This document shows, in pieces, positions 51,794 through 64,000 of a DNA stretch of 64,000 nt. Numbering within the stretch: the first letter of the stretch is position 1; every line of letters begins with the position of its first letter. Source of the DNA: Eledone cirrhosa (Eukaryota); contig OZ024741.1 in NCBI GenBank assembly GCA_964016885.1, positions 329,406,001 through 329,470,000 of the forward strand, given 5' to 3'. Both the position numbers and the translations under genes were made by a program. A model generated the notes under the pieces. The model was not told where the DNA came from and ran no database searches. It worked only from the letters and a program-made list of their open reading frames with translations.

Positions 51794-53340
51794 TAGACTA
51801 CAAACTAGATATTCAAGTGTATTTGTTTGTTTATGAACTTCCGCCAGTTTCGACGAGGAGTATTGTGTTCCAGAACAGCCTGCTCAATTAATTAACGTGC
51901 AGGTGGCTTAGCATTCCACAAATACGTGCACCCTTAACGTTGTTGTTTTTTAGGGATGGGGGAGATTCAACGTTAGCACAGTGTATGACAAAGGTTGGTA
52001 CTTTGAATTACTGGCACAACTCGTATTTGTTAGCTGTTGCTCTGAGATGAATTGCTTTGCTCCATAACACAACAAAGCCTACAGTCAGTGTCGAGACCAA
52101 AGGCCCGTCAGGCCGGTTATCCCGGTTTCTGTAGCGTTAAGCGACTGAGTATACATGACTTCCCCTTGGACAAGACACCAGTCTATAAGAGGGATAAACC
52201 CCCATCTATTGCTGGTAGTCATTTTCAGCTGAGTATACTGGAGCAATATAAAATGAAGCATTCTGCTCAAAAACACAACCCAGTCTTGGAATCGAACCCA
52301 CGATATGATCGTTGGTCCAACACAATTACCACTAGGCCACGCTCCTCCACATATTCTATAACACAACGCACTGCTGAATATCGAACTCACGAACTTACGA
52401 TCGGGAGTCAAATGCCTTAACTACTAAGCCACGCGCCTTCACAGTGTAGTGTATTCAGTGCTGAACTTTTGAACATTGCTGTTGTCTGATGTACAATCTA
52501 TTTTACGCTACATGGTCGAATGGTCGCCACGCATTCCGTGGATGCGCTCCCGCTATGTAGGAATCTTGAGTAGGTGTCATGTGCCATAGCCTCGGGTGGA
52601 GCCACGCCTTGTGGTTGGGACTGGGTAGTCGAGCCATGCCTTGTAAATTGAATTGGCTAGATGAGACATGTCTTGTGGGTAGAACTTGGTAGATGAGTCA
52701 ATTCTTTTGTGTGGAAATGGATAGACAAGCCATGCCTTGTGGGTGGAAATAGGTAGACGGAAACGGTGTGGAGGTTCGACTGATTGACTACACATGTAAT
52801 TCAAAGGGCCAGCCTTTCCTTTTCGCAATGAATCTCCCTCGGAATTATTACGTTAAGGGTAACATGTGTATGAGAAAATATTCAGGCACTTACACACGTT
52901 AATTTGGAGAGCACTCTCGTTTAAACAGATAGAGGTACTTTCCTGCCTAATCCACTTTAGCAAAAAATAAATAAAAATATCGAAAAAGATTTTTGAGAGA
53001 CGTAAATGATATTTAAACGAACATCAAATAGCAAAATATGATTTTTTTTCACTTTTATATACCATAGAGCAGATATTCAAGAGAGAGGACTCTCGTCTTC
53101 TTACTACAAAATGTTGTAATATTTTGTGATTAAATGCTATATTTCAACTCAACGCTGAAAGTGTTGAATCACTCGATACCTTCTCACGTCATTTCTATAT
53201 TGAATATTTTATTTGATTGCACAGCTTCAAAGCACACTTATATGTATTAAAAATATATATATGTATGTGTGTATATATATATATATTTATATATACATAC
53301 ATACACACGCACACACATATACATATACACATACACACAC

Positions 53341-53382
<42 letters not shown>

Positions 53383-53504
53383 ACACATATATATATGTTC
53401 GCCTTCGTTTTTCTCGTTATTATTGTTATTTTGTTATATGCATATGAAATTGTATTATATTATGCAGATATGGGAGAGTGGTATGTGTATAAATACGTAT
53501 ATAC

Positions 53505-53646
<142 letters not shown>

Positions 53647-53761
53647 AGGGAGAAAAAGACGATTATTAGGAAGAAAAGTTTTTTTTTTTTCTTGGGTTAA
53701 AAAATGTTTAAAACAAAATATTTTACTGTTAAGGTATTAGTTAATTTATTTATTAATTAAC

Positions 53762-53808
<47 letters not shown>

Positions 53809-53819
53809 CGTGTGTATAC

Positions 53820-53892
<73 letters not shown>

Positions 53893-53919
53893 AAGAGAGA
53901 GAGAGGAGGAATAGGGAGA

Positions 53920-55078
<1,159 letters not shown>

Positions 55079-55110
55079 TTTATAGACTTATAAATATATG
55101 CACATCTATA

Positions 55111-55253
<143 letters not shown>

Positions 55254-55800
55254 GTCTATGTACGTAAGTACGTATGTAGTGTGTGTACTGAAATGGGTAT
55301 TTTAATGGTAGTGTACATAAAAGTTTCAAATTTTAACTGTACAAATACTCAATAATATGAGCAGAGTGTAAGATTTATTTCCTGAAGAAAATGTTGACAG
55401 TGACCTCGAAGTTTCAATGAGTGCTTCTTCTGACTCCAGTAAAAAATATTTACTATAGTTTATATGTATAAGCTCTGGTGTTTGGGTGGGACTTTCTTGT
55501 TTATTAGTTATTGGTAGTTTTATATATATATATATATATATATACATTTGTATATATTAAAGATAATCAATTTTCAAAGCAATGCCGCGTGTTGACATAC
55601 ACGCTAAGCTGACATACACCCGGTCTTGTGTATATATTATTCATAGTGTTTCCTTCAAATATCTTAATGAGTTCACTCTGCTGGGAGAAATTAGTTCATT
55701 TCTCGCAGCATTGAGTGTATAGGGACCACCTCAGAGAATTTATTGCAACACCAGCTTCAACGTAAAACTTGAAATAATTATATATATATGTGTATGTGTT

Positions 55801-55833
<33 letters not shown>

Positions 55834-56255
55834 TAAAGGACACTGTGTTAGCTCCAGCCAAGGAAACATTTCTTCCATTGGCCTTCCCATAGCTGATAGT
55901 GTCTGCCCGTCACAACTCCTGACAGACGACGGAGCAACGTGAAATACAGTATTTTGTGGGGGGTGGGGTGTATATGTATGTACGAATGAACGTATATATA
56001 TATATATATATATATATATTGATTGTTTGCAGTACTGTTACAGGACTGCAAATCAGAAAAGTACTCAATACATGGTATGATGCAGAGTGGGTACATTAGT
56101 ACAGAATTCGGCGGTTTCGGCTAGTTACCCGTTCTAGAAAGAGGTAACGCTTTTGTTCGGTGTATAAATATAATTAAATAATATAATATATCAGCTCTTA
56201 TATTTGATTGAGCACTGTTTTCCTTTTTCCCTTTTCACACCTACTGATATTTACT

Positions 56256-56452
<197 letters not shown>

Positions 56453-56629
56453 AAATGTCTTAATTTGACAGTCGGCAACCAAACTATAAAATACCATTAG
56501 AGGGAATCTAGTGAAGTTATACATATTTATAATTTATAATTGCTGCAGGCTTAATATTCTGAAAAATTGGAAAATATGCAAAAAGAACAGATACATATTT
56601 GTTCATCTACACACAGGTAATGTATATAT

Positions 56630-56666
<37 letters not shown>

Positions 56667-56731
56667 TGTGTATGTATTTTTGTAAGAGTGTGTATGTATG
56701 TATGTAAGTATATATATATATATATATATAG

Positions 56732-56926
56732 TTATGTAATAAACAACATAAGATAATTATTTCATTTACCAGTGGTTTCTTGAAGACAGACACAACATCT
56801 GTCTTCAAGAAACCACTGGTAAATGAAATAAGTATCTTATGTTGTTTATTACATAAATAATAAGCTCTGTAGCCTACAAAGAGCACTCTTTTTTCCTGTA
56901 CCTTTCTGACGGAAATACTTCATTCA
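56732..56926. mobile_element. Family F fold-back element: palindrome 56732-56856 with 7-nt loop, plus tail
   Basis: Homologous to 47901-48132; both arms carry GAAAccactggTA but no CTGATGA half. Confidence 0.85.
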
Positions 56927-57101
56927 TATATATATATATAGTATTAGTTATACTATTTATGGTTATGTAAACACAAAACCTTAAGCAGTTGTAAGTATTT
57001 TACACACACCCTAAATAGTGGTAGGCAGTAATGTATTACTACCTTATTACCAGTAAGTTAAGTAGCTCAATGTAAAAACATCAGATGATTTACAGAGCAG
57101 T

Positions 57102-58181
<1,080 letters not shown>

Positions 58182-58309
58182 TGTGTATGTATATAAATAT
58201 ATATGTATATACATATACATAAACACAAATAAACCGTACATACACATACATAATTCAGGATGGTAGAGAATAAATATTTATTTTATATAGAAATTACTTC
58301 TACACGACT

Positions 58310-58800
58310 GGAGCCGTTTCATCTTCGCCCACATATTCCTGGGGGCAGTGTCCTCGAATTCTCTTTCAGCAGAAGTCAGAAGCAACCGTTTCCAACTGAT
58401 CCGCCTGGATCCCCAAGAGAAACCAGCCGAGGTCATGTATATTATGCAACCATCTTGCTTGAGGTCTACCTCTGGGTCTGCTGCCGCTTAGTTTTGGCTG
58501 TAATATCTGTCCATCCTTTCTTTCCTGGGACGTTCTAATTACATATCCATAGTGTCAGAGCTGTGATCTCTCAATTATTTGGAGAGGTAGCGCCTTTACC
58601 TGGAGTGACTCTCTGATCTCTGAGCTATGCACTCTATCGAGTAAGGTGACTCCAAAGGTCCTTCGGAGGAACCCCATCTCTGCTGCTTGTCTTGGTGATC
58701 GTATTCGTTCGGTCATTACACAAGACCATGGGATTCAAGACCATGGGTAAGGGTTGGCACGAATACCAAATTGAAGATATCAAATTTGGCTTTTACACCT
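58310..58800 (-). mobile_element. Probable decayed RTE-like LINE 3' fragment
   Basis: Minus-strand peptide pieces RPQARWLHN and SLGIQADQLETVASD resemble RTE-type C-termini; GC-richer than flanks. Confidence 0.4.
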
Positions 58801-58886
58801 ACCTCTCTTGAAAATCATCAGGATGATTTCATACGAATGAAGCGGATTCAGTCATGTAGAAGTCATATCTATAACATACACACACG

Positions 58887-59033
<147 letters not shown>

Positions 59034-59188
59034 CGGTAGAACACTGGGAGGTTATATATGTGCATAGATTTTATGCTCTTTTTTTCAGTAACGATATGTT
59101 GAAACAAACAGGTGAGTCATATATTGTGGAATACTGAAACAATCGTATGTAATGACGTATACGGAGATATAGTGTGTGTGGGGGGGGG

Positions 59189-59277
<89 letters not shown>

Positions 59278-59603
59278 CCGCTGCTCTGTTCATGTTCTCA
59301 ATCACTTATGTAACACGCAAGGAACACTATCTTAATTCTGGTTTATTTGTTCTTCATACGAAGATTAACAATATTTTGTGAGATGTTAAGAAAGCAACAC
59401 CAATGATCAGCCCGTCACATATCAATGAATTTAAACAGCAGGAGTAGTTTTTATTTCTTCTTCATATTTGTTCAACTATTAACTGTCTGATCTGCTCATA
59501 ACTGTTGGATAACAGTTATCATAGAAATATATATATCAGTGATTGTATAATGAATGAGTGAAGTAAATTTTAACCTGTTGAGTTGTACTTCAGTATTACA
59601 ATT

Positions 59604-59640
<37 letters not shown>

Positions 59641-59674
59641 AGATTTGAATGGATACAGTTTAGTTGAAAGGAAT

Positions 59675-59791
59675 TTATTGACACGTGTTTCTATAACAGT
59701 TACATAACCTAAAACAGCTATCTACAAACTTTTAGTTATGCAGACATTCAATATTTCAATGTTATTATTTACTGTCATTTCATCAGAATAA
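59675..59791 (-). ncRNA. Hammerhead ribozyme with ~88-nt branched stem II
   Basis: Minus strand: ttatt CTGATGA a-atgacagt...tgcataac...gttatgta-actgttat-a GAAA cacgtg TC aataa; GUC site, ACACGUGU palindrome. Confidence 0.8.
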
Positions 59792-60359
59792 TATTACTGA
59801 GGACCTATTTAGTTTTTATAGAGAATATTAGGAGGGAGGGGTGAAGTTGTTAGAAGAATAGTTGAAGGAGTGGTTTTTCGATAGCAGTGAGAATTCTTGG
59901 TGGCAGTGAGTAATTAGATTCCCATCTGTTGTTTTGACATTTTTTATAGAATATATTATTGGTTATTTTTCTAAATCTATAGAAGGATTAGAGATAGTAA
60001 AGATATGCGTGGTTGGTTTTGTGTTTGCACTTAATTAACATTCAGACTTAAATTTTTTCTTTCAAGTGTACGTATCCTTTCACCCACGCATTCACACACA
60101 AAATATATTTGCACACCTCTACAAAATACATATACTCACAATTCACATATTCATACTTACATATATATACACATGCATACACATATATATACACACATGT
60201 ATTCATATACATACATACGCGCTCATGTGTATACATTTTCATACTCAACTTATCTTTATATACACACGTATAGACACACTCATATATACATACATACTCT
60301 AGTCCATGTGTACACACATACACATACTTACACATCCATATACACATATATACATACAT

Positions 60360-60440
<81 letters not shown>

Positions 60441-60591
60441 CATATATACATACACATACATATACATACATATACATACATATATATATATAAGCACTTT
60501 AATACATGAATACACTTACATCTAACTATACACATCAAACATATATATATATTTACTTATTTATATACATTTTCACATATATATACATACT

Positions 60592-60649
60592 TATGGACGT
60601 TTTTAGACACATTCATTATCGCATATTTGTACCTATTCTCATCAGCATA
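60592..60649 (-). ncRNA. Decayed hammerhead motif (G12 replaced by A) just 3' of the PLE fragment
   Basis: Minus strand: tatg CTGATGA gaa-taggtaca...tgtgtcta AAAA cg TC cata. Confidence 0.45.
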
Positions 60650-60794
60650 TCTTTTCATTATTAGTATGGTAATTTAAGGTTATTAATATATGTTGAGAAG
60701 AGATTGTTTTTATATTTTTCTAACTAGATTAAGGTTTATATAGTTGGGGGATGTCCCTCTTTTATGTAATATTCGGCTTGTAGTGGGAAAAAAA

Positions 60795-60897
60795 GGGTTT
60801 TAGTTCTGTGACGGCAGAATAATGTTCGTTCAATTCTGTTATTCAGCAGTTTCTTCTTGTGTGTGATTATGTAATAAATCTCAAGATTACACAATTT
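60795..60897 (-). pseudogene. PLE GIY-YIG extreme C-terminal fragment (not in ORF track)
   Basis: Manual translation KLCNLEIYYIITHKKKLLNNRIERTLFCRHRTK, homologous to 12490-12664. Confidence 0.65.
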
Positions 60898-61277
60898 ATA
60901 TATATAAATTCAGCGAGAATCGCATTTCGGCGTGTAGAAAAAGCGAAACGTAACGCAAATTCCGAGTAATGCTGGCAAGCGCTCCATGAGCTAAAAGACC
61001 AGAGCAATAAAATAGGTTATAAAAGCCATACAAACTGAGAAGGCGGTCAAGAAGCCATTAACCACCTAAACCAAAAAAAAAGTCAAGCTAAACAGGTCAG
61101 ACAAAATAAATGACATAATCATATACATATATATATATACATATACATATATAACAAACCTGGGCCTTTGGAATTGATGGTAAAATCTTATATATATATA
61201 TATATATATAAGATCAATTTTGCCTTTCATCTTTTCGAGGTCGATAAAAAAGGTACCAGTCAAGTAATTGGGTCGAT

Positions 61278-61317
<40 letters not shown>

Positions 61318-61514
61318 CTCTCTCTCTCTCTCTCTCTCTCTTTTCTCTTTCTCTCTCTCTCATTTCCATTCTCTCACTATCCTTCTCTGGAAGAAAATTG
61401 GTGAATTCAGAACTAAAGAAGAGATGGGCTCCGTCAGGATTAAACTAATCTCCTAGAAACGCCGTATGCTATTACGGCACCCCTACGACTCCCTGAGGTG
61501 TAACGAGACCCTAC

Positions 61515-61588
<74 letters not shown>

Positions 61589-62388
61589 AGGTATATTAGT
61601 TCAACGTTTGATATCGTAGGAAAAGAGTCTTAAAGTTTCGGACACCAGTCCTTATCAGAAGATAGAATGAGAAATAATAGATGAAATGGAAAGATAGATA
61701 ATAGGAGAAGAGGGAACAGAAAAGAGATTTTTGAAAAAAAATCAGTGTTTATTCGGTTAGCCATTTTGGAGATATACTAGCACGTGTTTTCCACACTCGT
61801 CGAAGTGAACGCCGGGATGATAATCTTAGAAAAGCTTTACTGTCTTGTTCATTTTCTTTTGGCGTTTTCTTTTGCTTGTTTTTTATTTAAGAATCTAAAA
61901 GCAATAGTTTGAATCATGATACTCGATACTCTATCGTCTATCGATTAGTCCGGCTTTCAAATATTGAAACCGGAGTCCGTTCTCAATGATACGGTCGTGC
62001 AAGCTGTTAACGGTAGTGGTAGTTTAAAGAGAGGAGGAGGGAGTCGGTTTACTAAAGCAGCCAGCCAACACAGTTAAGTGTACAGATGTTAAGTGGAAGA
62101 GAAAGTGTGTGTGTGTGTGTTCGTGTGTATGGAAATGTGTGAGTGTGTGAATAATGTGTGCGTGCAGAAAATTATGAAGGGGGGGGGGGCAGGGGGTATG
62201 CGCGTATCTATGTGTGTGTTTTTTGTGTTTGTGGGAGGATAAATGAGTGTTTGTGTATGTGCTCTCATGTGTGTGATTGGGAGAGAATGTGTGTGTTGAA
62301 GGAGGGTATAAATGTGCGTTTATATGTATGCGTGTGCTTGGGAGAGAGTGTGAGTGATTTTATGTGTACATGTGTGTGCGTGTTTGCA

Positions 62389-62423
<35 letters not shown>

Positions 62424-64000
62424 AAATCGGTCGGAAACCAATTTATTATTGTTGTTGTTATTGTTTTTGTTGTTATTGTTGATTATGAGGTTGGTTGTGG
62501 TGGTGGTGGTGGAAACGTTGGTGGTATTTGATGATGGTGGTAGTTGTGGTGGGGTGGCTAATGATTTGGTGATGGCGGTGGCGGTGGTTGTAAGTTGTAA
62601 TATTAGTGGCGGTAATGGTTTTGGTAATGAATGTTGCTGGTTGTTAGAGGGAGAGGGGGGTGGAGACAATGCTAATATCTATGATTTCAGAGAAGCGAAT
62701 TCTTCGACTATATACTGGGTTATATCATAACCTAATTCTTGGTACTTTTTACGTGTGGAAACATCAGTAGAGTCAGGAATTGTATTTTATTTGTAAAGTT
62801 TGATAATGATTTCAAATTTCGACACACGTCAAGCAATTGGGAGGGTGGTGGTCGGTTAAAATGTTCCCTAGTACATAACTGGTACTTTATTTTATCAGCC
62901 GCAGATGGATGAAAAGTTAAGTTGACCTTGGTGGGATTTGAACTCGGAATGTAACAAACCAGAACAAATGCCGCTAATCAAATGTATGACATTTTATCAT
63001 CGCATTCACAATCGTAAGGTTGTGAGCTCGATTCCCGGAGCGGGTGCAAAACACTTTATTTCACATTGCTTCAGTTCACTAAGCCTTGGAAATGAGTTGC
63101 GATGTGTCTGGTGCCAAGTTATTGGCCTTAGCCTTTTTCTTGGACCAAATTGGTGGCGTGGTGAGTGGAGACTGGTATGTACGATCAACTGTTGGTCTTC
63201 CATAAAACACCATGCCCAGACTTGTACCTCAATGGTGAAACTTTCTAGGTTCTTTACCCCAGGATATGTTTATGTATAGCGAGACTTAAATATATCGTAT
63301 TTGACTTCATATAAACCTCTCTATTACTATCAAGTACGAATATTAAACCGTTTAGTACCAAAACACCTGAAACTGATACTGTGTTATGCAATATTGAATT
63401 GTTTATTTTAAAGTACCTATACTTATCTAAAAAAAAAAAACCTTCCATCGTGATTTTATGTAAGAACATTTGTTAAATTATCTTCCAAACACTAGCATGA
63501 TAATGGTTTCTGATTTAAGCACAAGGCCAACAATTTTCGGGTTGGGGAAAGTCGACCCCAGTGTGTTACTGGTACTTTATTTTATCTACCCAGTAAGGAT
63601 GAAAAGCAAAGCTAACCTCGGCGGGATTTGAACTCAGTACATAAAGGGCCGTAACTCTATGCTGCAATAGCATAATAACGAACATGTTAGTTATATTTCT
63701 AAATCCCTCCACATTTATCATTATTTTCCAAATTGATTGGAAATTATAAGCAACAACTTCCATTACAATATGGCATCGAAAGAGTTTAACATACTTCTCA
63801 GCACACTTTATAAGGACTTTTCTGAATTTATCTAGTACATAACAGTCATATTACACAATACTATTTATCCATTGTCACTATATAAACTCCTTTATAAGGT
63901 ACATCTTTTATGAGGAAGGTACAACATATAAATTCCAATAATTTTGCATGATTCAACCCCAAAGTGAGGACATAAAGACATCTGAAATCCGTCTTCGCTT

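Noticed and set aside
55395-55440. Minus-strand agt CAGAAGA...GAAActtcgaggTC act hammerhead-like string
   Set aside because: Stem II cannot pair and stem I is only 3 bp; at best a decayed relic

Overview
AT-rich, microsatellite-saturated eukaryotic DNA. The SINE motifs and (TA)n/(TG)n density suggest a cephalopod such as octopus, which is an inference. No host gene is confidently identified, and most listed ORFs are microsatellite artefacts. Recognisable transposon relics are two tandem Tx1/L1-clade LINEs (23.1-32.6 kb), R4/Dong-like restriction-like-endonuclease LINE fragments, five Penelope-like element (PLE) fragments (GIY-YIG with or without RT), a mariner relic, a mariner-type MITE, many tRNA-derived SINEs and a 59-bp minisatellite. 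The main hidden signal is non-coding. By eye I find about 16 hammerhead ribozyme (HHR) motifs with an intact CUGANGA...GAAA...UH core and about 9 variant or decayed ones, in roughly ten or more unrelated short-element families. They sit in (TA)n-flanked elements that are often fold-back palindromes, some folded at the ribozyme stem II, and several lie 3' of PLE GIY-YIG remnants. They include core variants (U3-A8, A4, C4) and stem II insertions of about 90-100 nt. All folds were derived by hand and none was computed or tested.
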